This document shows, in pieces, positions 1-12,363 of a DNA stretch of 64,000 nucleotides. Under the pieces are notes generated by a model. That model was not told the DNA's origin, did no database searches, and saw nothing but the letters and a program-made list of their open reading frames with translations. Within the stretch, counting starts at the first letter, position 1, and every line of letters starts with the position of its first letter. The DNA comes from Heptranchias perlo. Its lineage: Eukaryota. The stretch is taken from contig NC_090344.1 of NCBI RefSeq assembly GCF_035084215.1, positions 43,958,001 to 44,022,000 on the forward strand. The letters are read 5' to 3'. A program made the position numbers and the translations under genes.

Positions 1-1298
1 CACTTCCAATGTCAGTAACAATCATCGCATGGTTAATAACACATGGTGGAGATTGGCACAAACGTGCCACAGTGATTTAAAAAGTCTGCCTTAGTTGATT
101 TTCCTGAGTTAATTAACTTGTTGGGAAGGAAGAATGGCTAAGTTGGTTAGACAAAAAGTTGAGAGCTGGCAACACTACCAGCTGCCTGTAAAGTGTTTCT
201 CATGAAAACAAAGCACTGCTTACAATAACAGTGATGGAAAACAGTTCAGATCCTGCCAGATCGTACATTAAATCGGTCTCAATAAAGGGAAGCATCTGCA
301 GAGATGGATACATGGCAACCATCCGCAGTTTGTGCGAACATCAGTATTTTGCAGTCGGGGTCAGTTTGTGCAGACTAAAATTATGCTCACTCCTGGGTCG
401 GTCCCTCAGGGCTCCGAACTAATGCTGCTCACAGTGGAAAGGGAATTAGAGATAATCTCATAAAACTATTACAAGAATTCCCGCCCATAGTGTGCAGCAG
501 AATGCCATCCCCCACAGCGGTGTCAGTAGGAGCCGGGGAATGGGGAGGAGGTAAGTGTTAATGGAGGGAAAGGGGGGAGGCAACCGTATACATTTAACAA
601 AATCAGATGTAGGGTACCACAATTTCTTCAAGGAGAGAAAATCCCTGCAACTTTTTTCACAACCTTCCACTGTACAAATGACGGAATGTTGAGGAAACTG
701 CATCTTTATGATGCTTTGTGTGTATACTTGCAATCGACCTGTTTTTATAGCTATCAGTCAGTTTACTGGTTTTCGACGTTGCCAAGTATGGAGATTTTCA
801 GCTGTTCTGCCAGTTAGTTATTGTAAATTTCAGTCAGCTATTACTGAACATACTGACACATCAACAGCAATAATTTTGCACATCAAATGGCAGGCAATTA
901 TTGCAGCAACAATGATAAGAAGTAGAACTCGCACTTGTATCATCTTCAACAAACTGAAATGGCCCAAAACTCCTCACAAAGAGGATGGGGGTTGGGGGGT
1001 GGGGGGGGTGGGAGGAGAGAAAGAGAAGGGGAGAAACTAGGAACACCAAACTGAAGTTAAAAGGAAAGTTTCGGGAGGTGACCATGAGATAGGTCAAAGA
1101 GGGAGGTTTTGAGAAAAATTTTGGAAAGAGAAGGGAAAGTTTAAAAAGAGATTTTCAGAGTGCAGATCCATTATGACTGAAGGCCAAAGACCCCATTTTC
1201 AGTGACTGAGGATTTCAAAAGCGGTTTAGCTGGTTATTGAACCTTTCAAACAATCTCCCAATTCAAATTCTGCTAAACAAAGACAACTTGTCACTTAC

Positions 1299-1364
1299 CA
1301 GTCCATGCCAGTGATCCCAGCCCATGGGTACGTGGGCCGTTCCACCAACTGTAGGGTGCCCATA
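1299..1364 (-). CDS. GNS: GNS-like exon 4
   Basis: TGATAG acceptor, GTAAGT donor, 66 nt, [22 protein letters not shown]. Confidence 0.88.
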
Positions 1365-4300
1365 CTATCAGAAAATAAAATCACAATCAGCAATATGGAA
1401 AGATCAGGCCTAAATTCTTCAGCTAAGTGACCAACCTCTGTCACAACATCTGGAAATGAACATCGGTCCATCAACTGGAAATGCAGTGTTGATATCTGCA
1501 GAAAGGAATCCTCCCGCTTCTGTAGCGACTGTAAACTGGGAATAGGTTTATTTGAAGGCTTGAATATGCACTGGCCTGGTCGAATAGTAACACTGTGCTG
1601 CCACCCTAGTGGGTGGGGAGGGAAACAGAAAAGGAAAAAGAGAATTCAGACATTTACCCCCCACCCCCACCCCCACCATTAACCATTACCACAACATTTA
1701 TCTGGGACAATGGTTTCAACTTGGAGGCAGATAAAAGCTCAGACATAAAGAAGAAGATAAAATTTAGGATTTACAGATTGAGGCATCAAATAGATCTTAC
1801 CCTGCCCACCTCCACCCAACTCAACCAATAGTCAATCTCTTTCATTACAGCCAGACTGGACAAGCTTCTAGATTGAGCAGCAATTTACAGATAGTCTGCT
1901 GCAGTTTCACTTTCATTAAGAATAATTTACAGAGCCACTGGCTCAAGAATATGGCACGAGGGAAGAATCTGGTGGGCCCGGTATATAAAGACCCAAGTAA
2001 GGGATCATTTAGCTGAATGGCCTTTTCATTCATTTCCATCTTAATTTCAAAGTGTAGAGTTTATAGACAGGTTTAGAGTTCAAATTACTTCTAAATTGCA
2101 TTTGTGTTTGAAGAAATAATTACTGCATCCTACATGGACAGTCTTTGAAGTTAAACGTTTACGAATGGGATGAGCAGCGTTGCAAAGATGACAAAGCAAA
2201 TCTTAACATTACTGATTGCCCCAGTGATATCTCTCACAGATCAAAGTCCGGGGGGGGGGGGGGGGGGGGCGCAGACCACCAGGAGTGAAGCTAGCAGATG
2301 ACCTGTGTGTCAATAAGGAGATTAATCCACCTTAGTTAAACAGGTAACTTAGGACAAAGTGCACACAATAGTGTTGGCATGTTTAAACACCTCTCTTTTC
2401 CCTCAAAAAGAGACATACACAATGCAGCAACTCACCCCACCCTGTGAATCACTGTGATAGTGCAACCAACATCGTCAAACCTTGATTACCCAACCAGTTC
2501 ATGACAAATATTTGCGCTGTTTGATCTGCTCAATATTTCTGAGCATGGGGCTTGGCTTATGAGCCTTTTCTCATCACCCTTTATGCTCTGAAGATGCTGA
2601 AAATGCAACAGGTAGAATTTCTTCATTGTGTAAGACTTCAAAGCTCATTGGATCTAGGGAATTGAACCTGATCCCTCCAACATACTACACCACCAATGCC
2701 CCAAGATTACATGCAGCTACAGCCACAGGTAGCCTTCATTTATGTTAAGATTTTTCTGCTGATTTTCTGCCCTCCTCAATTGTAGGGGCTGACTCCTGCT
2801 GGGGCAAGGTTTCACAGGTGCCAGGCACCTTCCAGTCTTTTGCGCAAGTGGCCATTCATCACATGAGTTGAGCTAGCAAGTGTCAGCAAGCTGTTCGACC
2901 ACAAGGGGGAGTTTGGATTAGAGGCGAGAACTCAGCAAACCCAATCCCGTTCTCACCCAACATCCACACACATGCATTGTCAGCAGGAGTCGCTGGATAC
3001 AAACCAGAGCTAAATTTTCCTCTCAAAACTAGCACTGAGACCAATCATAGCCCCCTACCACCACCAAAATCAGCTCCGACCAGGAGATGGAGCCTTGGAC
3101 TTTCCTGCTTTAACCAACTGAATTGTCCAGGGAGCCCCAGAGATAACTTTTGTTGAAATGAAGCGGCACATTGTCAGACTAACCAATTCCAGAGCACAGC
3201 TCTTCGTTCAAACAGTGTTACCTTATTGAGGTATTTGCCTGCGTAGAAGGTCTGGTAGCCTCGATTCTTCAAGTAGACAGAGAAGACCTGCGGCTCCATG
3301 ACCTTCTGCCACTGCACACTGCTGCAGTTTCCATTCAGTGAGTTGTTGCGCACCAGGTGATTGTGTGGATACTTCCCCGTTAAGATGGCACTGCGGCTCG
3401 GACAGCACAGCGGGGTGACCACAAACTGTGGAGAAAACAAATACATAACAGCGGCAGGAAGAGTCACATCTTATATTTCACCTCAACAGGTCTAAGAGGA
3501 AACCAGCAGTTACAGCTTTCATTGCCGTGTTTGAGGAAGGCAATTTAACTTTTCTAAACGATGCAAAAGCTGAATCTATTATACCCAGCTAATCTCACTT
3601 TAAAAACACATACACCTCGGCGAAGGCCCATAGTGCAGGTCACCAGCAAAAGAAACTGATAAACAAAAGGATCTGGTAATGATCAGGTGGCCTCAAGCTT
3701 GGGTTTTAAAAGCCTGCCGATTGTAAAAGAAGGAAAGACTGAGGGAGGTGAGGAGGTGCACAGTCTCAAAGTCATGGGAAAGAATGAATTAAAAATAGGA
3801 TAGTGCAAAGAGTCTGGATTTCAACAAAGCAAGTCAGCAGGGAGAAGCAAGAAGGTGTAGAACGATATATTTGGAGTTTTAGAGGAATGAGAGAGAAGGG
3901 AAAAGCACATCCTCCAACAACACAACCCGTTCTCTCTCACCATCAGTGACCTTCCAGATTTGGCCAGCACCATTTCAAGGTAACTGCTAGTTTCTCTTTG
4001 CCTCCCGACAGCACTTCCCGCTGCCACGTGATGTTTCGTCCAGAAGCTGCACTAAGAATAGATGAACAGCACCTGCATACCGTGCATAGCTGGCAACACA
4101 GTCCACTTACTGTACATTCAGACCATACAGGAGAGCACACCATCTATACAATATACCTGTTCCATTGAGCTACAGCATGCAAGATACGGGAAAAACAAGG
4201 CTCCATCACAGATCTGTCCTCTCAAAACACCCAACTTCTCACTGCTAACTTGGGCTCACAGCAGTTGGCAGGCGATTGGTATAGAAGCCGTACCAAGCCA

Positions 4301-7300
4301 TGTTGTAGCAAATCTGAGCAAATGGTCAGTGCATGCTGAGCAAAAGTGATCACTGAGGTCCTGGAACTTGAATCAAGCAGTAGACACCACACATAAGCTA
4401 TCGGCCCACTGAATGGTGTGAACCAACAAGTGATAAGACGCACAGTAACAATGAGTTTACTTACTGCATTGGTGAAGGTAACCCCCGCATTTCCAATTAA
4501 AGCCAGAGTCTTCTTCATGGGAGTCTGAAACAGCAGCACACGACACAGTGAGTGACATTACACAAGCATAGAACATTACAGAAGCAGGATTTACTCTGAT
4601 TAAACTTAGGACCTAAACTATGCAGAAGTTGAGAATTCCTGTAATACAGATCACTCATATGCATTTTTTGTAAACGCGGTGCCACTTCATAATTCTGCAT
4701 CTACTTTGTAAATTACAATACAAGTCTTTGCCATCTTATCATCAATTCAGACCTGGGAACTGAACTGCAGTTATTGAGTGTAGATACATGCAGGGATAGG
4801 CTCTGCCACACTTATGCCACAGAAACACTGAGCAGAAGTAATACTTCAATACCCTGGTCACAGAGTGCCATGGAATCCAGCCCCGAAGTATTGCACACAG
4901 GCTGTTTGTAAGTTATGATTTGCCACTCACCTGGTTGCTGGACCTCCCCGATGGCTCGGGGGAAGGTTCATAGGACAGCAACAGTAATCCTGCATCACTG
5001 GCCGGTTCATGTTGCTGCTCTGACACCTGCTGCCGACAAAGGCTCTAAGGGAAACCACCTCCTCAGCACTGTCACAGAAAGTATCATTTCATAGCATTAC
5101 TCCTGAAGATGGGAAGCAGCTGGTATCAATGCTGAGAGATCAGACCAACAGTCCTGGAGTCCCAGATGTTTTGTTGCCACCCAAATGCTAGTCTTTACTA
5201 AAGAGAGCAATATCATCTGAAATAGATACATCATCATGTAGAGCCGTACATTCAACCATAAAATTGGGGATGGGGACAAATGTGCATTTATGAAATGTAG
5301 AAGCACAACATTTCAAATACTGCCACTTATTCTCACCGTTTACAGTTTCAAGAAACAGTGTGAATGCAAAAATGTGGTGTTGCAGACACTGGAGATAACT
5401 GCAAGTATCCAGATTACGACTGCTGCACCACAGTGTGTCACAGCATGAGGCCATTCAGCCCCTCCAACTTGGTCCATCCACAGAGCACACACAATCAAAC
5501 TCATCAGGACTTCACCTCACCCATTTAATCTTCAGAAAGAAAATTCTACATCAATAATCTGATTTGCAAAACTGATCAGAAACTGCAGAATTTTCATCCA
5601 TCTGCCCTATTCAACACTGACCTGTTTTCCACGGACCGCTGCCACCACACAGGAAGCATGTCCAGTGTGTAGTGAAGTATTTGATGATCTCAGTCTACAC
5701 CCATCCTTATAACCACCAATGTAATTTTCAGCTGGATAATATTTAATGTACAAGGACAAAGTAAAAAGCAACATAAAAAATCTGAACACAATACTCTTTG
5801 TAATGCGAATAACCTTGGAAATTCAGCATCAAATATCTGGGTTTACAAGTTCCTTTGCCTGTGATGAAACAGCAGAAAGAAAACACTGAACTGTAACTTC
5901 CTCGCATTAGAGACACAGCAACCCTTGGAAATCAGCACAGTATCAGTGCCGAGTAACCATGTGGAACTTGAAATGTCAACACGTTTCTAAACTGCAAAAA
6001 CAAGAGATAGTTCTGCCTTTTACTTGAGAACAGCAGTTGTACAAGGCTAGCATCACTTCATAACAGTCTTGTGGTATTACGCCAAGGCCTGCGAGGACTC
6101 AGGTGGTTCTCTCTAATTCAGAATAAAATAGTCTGTTGGAAACAATGTGTCTTTACCTTGCAGTGGCACAGCATGACCCTCCCCACCCCACTCCAAATCA
6201 CTTTGAGGTCGGCCAAATATGTATTCAGGGCTCCGCCAAAACTGACTGCAAATAATTTACTGACTTAACTTTTAAAAAAGTTGCCGTTTTGAGTAACTTT
6301 TATAAATCACTGGTTTGGCCCCGGCTGGAGTATTGTGTCCAATTCTGGGCACCACACTTTAGAAAGGATGTCGAGGCCTTGGAGAGGGTGCAGAGAAGAT
6401 TTACTAGAATGGTACCAGGGATGGGGGACTTCAGTTATGGAGAAAGACTAGAGACGCTGGAATTGTTCTCTTTAGAGCAGGGAAGGTTATGGGGAGATTT
6501 AATAGAGGTGTTGAAAGTTCTGAAGGGTTTTGATAGAGCAAATAGGGAGAAACTGTTTCCACTGGCAGGAGGGTCGGTAACCAGAGGATGCAGATTTACA
6601 GTAATTATAATATGAAAGTAACAATTGTAAATTAACTTAATGGGCACAGGGTACAATAATTGACAGCTATGGTACTTCAGAGTTTATGGAGTTGAAGTAC
6701 AGATCAGCCATAATCTAATTGAATGGCAGAACAGGCCGAAGGGGCTGAATTGTCTACTTCTGTTCTTATCAAAAAAACAGCAGGCATAGAGGGAGACATT
6801 TTGTGCTGGGGAGGGGGGCGGGGCGCGGGGAAAGAGTAAAGAAGGGGAGTTTTGAAATAGTCTGTTGACAGAAGGCCTCAGTTTTTGTTTAAGAGCTAAA
6901 CTAGGAAGGGATTACATCACATAGCATCCCTCTCAACCATCCAATACCCTGTACAAATACACTTGAAGCATTTCCCTCCCCTTGAATGAGGTTAAGACAC
7001 AGAGTACAATGACAAAAACATTTGAAAGTACAGTTTAGAGGTTGTGTTCCCAATAGCTCAGTGACAATCCCTACCGAGTATCAGGGCTGAGAGGCTGATC
7101 AGTTTGGAGAATGCTTCATTGTATTCGGATCAGTTGTTGATAAGTGTTTGAAGTTCCTACCTATTCCTCAGACCCACAATAAAAGCCTGAATTGCAAAGA
7201 CAACTTCAATAAAACATCCTGAGCCACAGCACAAACAATCGAAGCACTAACAGGAACACTCTGGAATGCAATTAAGAGCAAACATGGATTCCTGTGTAAC

Positions 7301-10063
7301 TGAGGAACTGGAGGGAGAGGATAGATAACAAAGTAACTGAACACTAGGATTAGATGAACTCTATCAGCTAAAGGATTTTTCTCTTGCAAACAAAGGCTTC
7401 ATCCAGTAGTTCACATGTAGGGTTCTCAAATCATCTTTTTTTAAAAAATGTAACAATCTCATTCTGTATTTATCTTACATGTGACTAGTTTGGCTCAGTT
7501 GGTACAATTCTCATTTCTGAGCAGGAAGGTTATGGGGTTCAAGCCTTGCTTAAGGATTGGAGCACATATGCTGTCCGTTAGAGCTCGAGTGCACTGCACC
7601 AGTGACAGGATGTGGCCGTGTGGATAGGCACAACTCGTAGGAACTAAACTTCACATCTACAGAAGAAATGGGGGGAGGGGGGGAATGAAAGGGAGAGATT
7701 TCATTTTGTGACTTTTTGTGCTCAAAAAAGGTTATTAGTGCTGGGAATGGAACACTTCATTTCAGCATCAAGCATTCCCAGGTAAGGTACAGCACAGTTA
7801 TGTACAAAGTAAAGCTTCTCCTTTGTCCAAACAATGTGCCTCAACTCCAATCTCAGAAGGGTCCTCCATTGCACCAGTGTGACCCTTCTCCATTTTACAC
7901 ATGAGCCATCCAGTGACCTTTTTGGGAGGAACGTTGCCAATTTAGTCCCAAACTCAGATTCTCCACATTAAATATGGCAAGTTGACATATCTATTAGGAA
8001 CAGTTTTTCATTGAGACTGCCCAATCCTAAAGAACGTGTATTTATATAGCTCTTTGTCACATCCTCAGGACATTGTAATCACTGTTGTAAAGCAGGCGAA
8101 ACACTGCAGCCAAATTTGCACACAGCGAAGTCTTATAAACAGCAAATTAGATAAATGATCAGTTTTTAGTGGTGTTATTTGGGGTATTAAATGTTTAACC
8201 AGGATAGTGGGAGAACTCCTTGAATAGTACCAAAGGATCTTTTATGCAGAATGCCTTGTTTTAACAGCCTGGTTGTGCTCAAGTGGTGCTTGAACCCATA
8301 ATCTTCTGACTCCGAGGTGAGAGTACTACAGACTAAGCTACGCTAACACGCATGACCTTCACAGGCATCCGAGGTGGAAGGCCAGTGTTGAATCCACTCC
8401 ACCAGCAAATTCTCGCCCCAAAAGAAGATCATATCCAATGGTGAATATTTAAGAGAAAACCTTCTTAAGCTACAAAATGGGAAATGAAGAAACTTGAAGT
8501 ACTTCTGACTCATATGGTGACTGGGCTTCAGCACAGAGCAAGTCACAAGGCCACTTCCATATCATGTGAGAAAGTAAATTCTTCATGATCAGGGGTCAAT
8601 GCTCTTTATTTGGAAATAAATATAAAGAGCTGAAAAAATGAACACTTAGTTCAATTGACAATAGTTACACATTGCCCAGCTTTAATGTTATAGATTTGGG
8701 CCAGCAGATTCCTGGACTGAAAAGGAAATATTAATAATCTTATTCAAAGCAAAAATAAAATTGCTGGACTATAACTTGGTGTTGTAAAATTGTTTACAAT
8801 TATTCAAAGCTCAGTAACTACCTCTTTGGAGCCAACATATTGCTCAAAGTTGCCCTTAGGAGTTCAATACATATTTCCTTCCAGTAGGCATTCCCTTTGT
8901 TTCCAGCACCTGTCTTTGGTCTGAGTTTAAAGAGCCCTGGAAGCAAAGCTTACATTGTTTACACGGAGGGCTGTAAAACCTCGCTTAATCGGCCATCATT
9001 TTGGGGCTTGGTAAAACTGCTTCATTTGGCTGGTTGGGTGATCACACACAACTCATGAAGTTTCTTCCAAGATTACAAATTTTAATTGCAGCAACATCTG
9101 AATTGCATGTACTAACTTTTAGTCTGCATCAGACACACACAAGGGGACAAGCAACAAGGGCAGTGACTGTGTTAACCACATGAAGATGAGTGAGAAAGAT
9201 TGTACGCTTCATCATTTAAAAGACACCTGTGATTCAACAATGGCAAGAGGCAGCAACTCGATATCAGCACCCACCAAAAGGTCTCAGTTCAGTTTACAGT
9301 GAGTAATGGTATTTGAAGAGCGGGGTGAACTTGATCACAGTTTAATGCTATAAACTGGAGCATTTATCATAAGTATTCCTTTGGTTTAATGTTTTATTTC
9401 TTTGCTCATTTTCCATCAACATCCCACAACTTTTCAAAAGGAGAAAATATAGCTTATCCACCATTTAGTTATCAATTAGTAACAACGTCAAACATTAAAG
9501 CTAATGAAAACCATCGCAAATGCTGAAAATCTGAAATTAAAAACAAAATGCTGGAAGTACAGGGCATGTCAGTCAGCAACTGTCTAAGAGAAAAGGCAGA
9601 TTTTAATGTTTCAGGTGTGAACCCTTCATCCTAAAGGATGTCAATAATAATTGAAAGTTTCCATACTGTATGTATTGTCTGATGTCCCGGAAAACCCGAA
9701 GCAAGAAAAACTTGGCAATGCAGTTATGGTCAAAGTTTGAGGTTCAATTTGTAAGCTCCACTGCGAGAGTTACTCAACCAATCAGATGCTGACCCCCTGT
9801 CAAATGCAGAAGTGCAGAGAGAGGGACTGGAAGTGAGCGATAAAAAAGCGGGAGGCTGCCCCTAGGGACTGAAGCTACTGTTCGAGTATGTTTGTAATTC
9901 TCAGCCAAAAGAAGCGAAAGTTCAACCTGCCAGTTCATTTGAGACCTACCATTCCTCCCAACTCTATGTCCTGATCGTCCGTTAGTATCAGCACGATATT
10001 CCGCCTTACGCAGGTTCCGAACGAACAAGATAGGATCAGGAGCAAAAACGCTGCCAACTTCAT
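1299..10063 (-). CDS. GNS: N-acetylglucosamine-6-sulfatase (GNS)-like gene, 5' part (coding exons 9950-10063, 4465-4524, 3222-3425, 1299-1364); continues beyond the left edge
   Basis: The spliced translation reads [38 protein letters not shown]|[20 protein letters not shown]|[23 protein letters not shown]...[12 protein letters not shown]|[22 protein letters not shown]. It has a signal peptide, the sulfatase NIVLILTDD motif and the CxPSR active-site motif. All junctions are GT-AG, phase 0. It may be a paralog rather than the ortholog of human GNS. Confidence 0.88.
2250..2269 (+). repeat. Poly-G tract (20 nt)
   Basis: Direct read. Confidence 0.9.
3222..3425 (-). CDS. GNS: GNS-like exon 3 (CCPSR formylglycine motif)
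   Basis: CCACAG acceptor, GTAACA donor, 204 nt. Confidence 0.93.
4465..4524 (-). CDS. GNS: GNS-like exon 2
   Basis: TTTCAG acceptor, GTAAGT donor, 60 nt, [20 protein letters not shown]. Confidence 0.9.
6290..6770 (+). mobile_element. CR1 LINE 3' fragment
   Basis: [37 protein letters not shown]. Confidence 0.88.
8751..8799 (+). mobile_element. 49-bp PLE 3'-end micro-insertion with an 11-bp TSD
   Basis: Matches 13606-13653 with 2 mismatches; TTATTCAAAGC at 8740-8750 and 8800-8810. Confidence 0.85.
9950..10063 (-). CDS. GNS: GNS-like exon 1 (signal peptide + NIVLILTDD)
   Basis: ATG at 10063; 114 nt; donor GTAGGT; not in the ORF track frame. Confidence 0.9.
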
Positions 10064-10079
10064 GATATCGGAAGGAAGA

Positions 10080-10450
10080 GCAGCAGCTCCGCAGTCGGAA
10101 GACTCTTAGGGAGAGCCGAATGGGATAACAGCTGGACGCCGGTATGCACACGTAGTGATCAGACACATTTATCTCCAACAGCTGCGGTTTTCCTGCTTCT
10201 CACAAACTTTCTGTATGGCTGTTGACCACGCACAGTTTTAATAAAGCGACAGGAGGTGCATATAATTGACAGGTCACCAAACCAACCAACTGATCCAAAC
10301 ATACTTCAGTCTCTCAATCGCGTTGGAGGTATCGTCCCGCCCCCTTATCGCCCATTAGCATAAAGGGCGTGGCCAGTGCAACATGTATCAGGAGTTTAAC
10401 CCAAACAGCGCTGTCAACTTCAGCAATTCTCAAACACGCCTCCCCAACCA
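10080..10450 (-). promoter_or_regulatory. Probable GNS-like promoter/5'UTR
   Basis: CpG-enriched region directly upstream of the ATG, with GC-box-like CCCGCCCC (~10336) and GGGCGTGGC (~10365). Confidence 0.5.
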
Positions 10451-10589
10451 GGTGGCCATTTTAAATTTTTTTAAAAACCTTTATTTAAAAATCTAAAATA
10501 AATGCAAACAGTTATAAAGCCATTACTTCTTGGATCCAAGTTTCAGGTGAGATGTTAGATTGCAATCTAGTTTGTTGGTTGTGATGGAC

Positions 10590-10948
10590 ATCAAATCCCT
10601 CCATGGCCTCACTCATCCCTATCTTTGGAACCTCCTGCAGCCCTCCAAGAACTCTGCATTCCTCCAATTCTAGTCTCGTGCATCCCCGAATTCCTTCACC
10701 CCACCATTGGCGGCTGTGCCTTCTGCTATCTAGTCCCTAAGGTCTGGAATTCCCTCCCTAAACCTCTCCACCTCTCTCTTTTCCTTTGAGTCGCTCCTTA
10801 AAACCGACCTCTTTGACCAAGCTTTTGGTCACGTGTCCTAATGTCTCCTTTGGCTCAATGTCAATTTTTGTCTCATTACGCTTCTGTGAAGTGTTTTGGG
10901 ATGTTTTACTATGTTAAAGGCACTAAATCAATACAAGCTGTTGTTGTT
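10590..10948 (+). mobile_element. L2-like LINE 3' end with a (TTG)n tail
   Basis: CTCTTTGACCAAGCTTTTGGTCAC...TGTTAAAGGCAC...GTTGTTGTT, shared with other copies in the window. Confidence 0.75.
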
Positions 10949-11046
10949 AAAGTAGCCATGATGTGGAGATGCCGGTGATGGACTGGGGTTAACAATTGTA
11001 AACAATTTTACAACACCAAGTTATAGTCCAACGATTTTATTTTTAA

Positions 11047-11092
11047 TCCCACAAGCTTTCGGGGGCTTTCCCCTTCCTCAGGCGGTGTGGAA
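11047..11092 (-). ncRNA. Minimal hammerhead-ribozyme-like motif (left-arm mirror copy)
   Basis: Reverse complement of 13558-13603. Confidence 0.65.
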
Positions 11093-11302
11093 ATGACAAT
11101 TTCGAATCCTTCGCATTTTAAGATCACATAACAATGCCTGGTGATTACTGCCCGTTGCCAAGGCAATCACAGTGAGCAGACAGAAAGGTGTCATCTAAAA
11201 GGCCACTGAAGAAACAACCCCCCCCAAAAAAGAGAGAGACAGAACGAAGACAGTCAATGACCCGTTATATTAAAAACAGATAACATTTGTTCGCTGGTGG
11301 GG

Positions 11303-12286
11303 TTACGTGTAGTGTGACATGAACCCAAGATCCCGGTTGAGGCCGTCCTCATGGGTGCGGAACTTGGCTATTAATTTCTGCTCGACGATTTTGCGTTGTC
11401 GTGTGTCTCGAAGGCCGCCTTGGAGTATGTTTACCCGAAGGTCGGTGGCTGAATGTCCATGACTGCTGAAGTGTTCCCCGACAGGGAGAGAACCCTCCTG
11501 TTTGGCGATTGTTGCGCGGTGTCCGTTCATCCGTTGTCGCAGCGTCTGCATGGTCTCGCCAATGTACCATGCTCTGGGGCATCCTTTCCTGCAACGTATG
11601 AGGTAGACAACGTTGGCCGAGTCACAGGAGTATGAACCGTGCACCTGGTGGGTGGTGTCCTCTCGTGTGATGGTGGTATCTGTGTCGATGATCTGGCATG
11701 TCTTGCAGAGGTTACCGTGGCAGGGTTGTGTGGTGTCGTGGACGCTGTTCTCCTGAAGGCTGGGTAATTTGCTGCGAACGATGGTTTGTTTGAGGTTGGG
11801 TGGCTGTTTAAAGGCGAGTAGTGGAGGTGTGGGGATGGCCATAGCGAGGTGTTCGTCATCATTGATGACATGTTGAAGGCTGCGGAGAACATGGCGTAGT
11901 TTCTCCGCTCCGGGGAAGTACTGGACGACGAAGGGTACTCTGTTGGTTGCGTCCCGTGTTAGTCTTCTGAGGAGGTCTACGCGATTTTTCGCTGTGGCCC
12001 GTCGGAACTGTCGATCGATGAGTCGACCATCATATCCCGTTCTTACTAGGGCGTCTTTCAGCGTCTGTAGGTGTCCATCGCGTTCCTCCTCGTCTGAGCA
12101 GACCCTGTGTATTCGCAGGGCCTGTCCATAGGGGATGGCCTCTTTGACGTGGTTAGGGTGGAAGCTGGAAAAGTGGAGCATTGTGAGATTGTCCGTGGGT
12201 TTGCGGTAGAGTGAGGTGCTGAGGTGCCCGTCTTTGATGGAGATTCGTGTGTCCAAGAAAGAAACTGATTCTGAGGAGTAGTCCAT
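11303..12286 (-). CDS. PLE ORF C-terminal part (RT thumb/linker, Cys-rich knuckle, GIY-YIG endonuclease), left arm, 327 aa
   Basis: FLD...LYRKPT...SSFHP; CHGNLCKTC; NVVYLIRC...WYIGET...RMNGH...EHF...EQKLI...GLN. Confidence 0.85.
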   Translation of the reverse strand: MDYSSESVSFLDTRISIKDGHLSTSLYRKPTDNLTMLHFSSFHPNHVKEAIPYGQALRIHRVCSDEEERDGHLQTLKDALVRTGYDGRLIDRQFRRATAKNRVDLLRRLTRDATNRVPFVVQYFPGAEKLRHVLRSLQHVINDDEHLAMAIPTPPLLAFKQPPNLKQTIVRSKLPSLQENSVHDTTQPCHGNLCKTCQIIDTDTTITREDTTHQVHGSYSCDSANVVYLIRCRKGCPRAWYIGETMQTLRQRMNGHRATIAKQEGSLPVGEHFSSHGHSATDLRVNILQGGLRDTRQRKIVEQKLIAKFRTHEDGLNRDLGFMSHYT

Positions 12287-12363
12287 GGTGAGCTTGATGG
12301 TGGGATGGAACTTGTTGATGTTATCGTGTTATCAACAAGTTCCATCCCACCATCAAGCTCACC

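Noticed and set aside
1-1298. GNS-like exon 5 within the window
   Set aside because: No NSKYYNY-like coding segment with splice sites found; presumably beyond the left edge.
985-2269. G-rich tracts (985-1012 and poly-G 2250-2269) as functional G-quadruplexes
   Set aside because: Such intronic tracts are common here and there is no supporting context.
9774-10178. 134-aa minus-strand ORF as a gene
   Set aside because: It overlaps GNS-like exon 1 in a different frame and reads through the splice donor; no recognisable domain.
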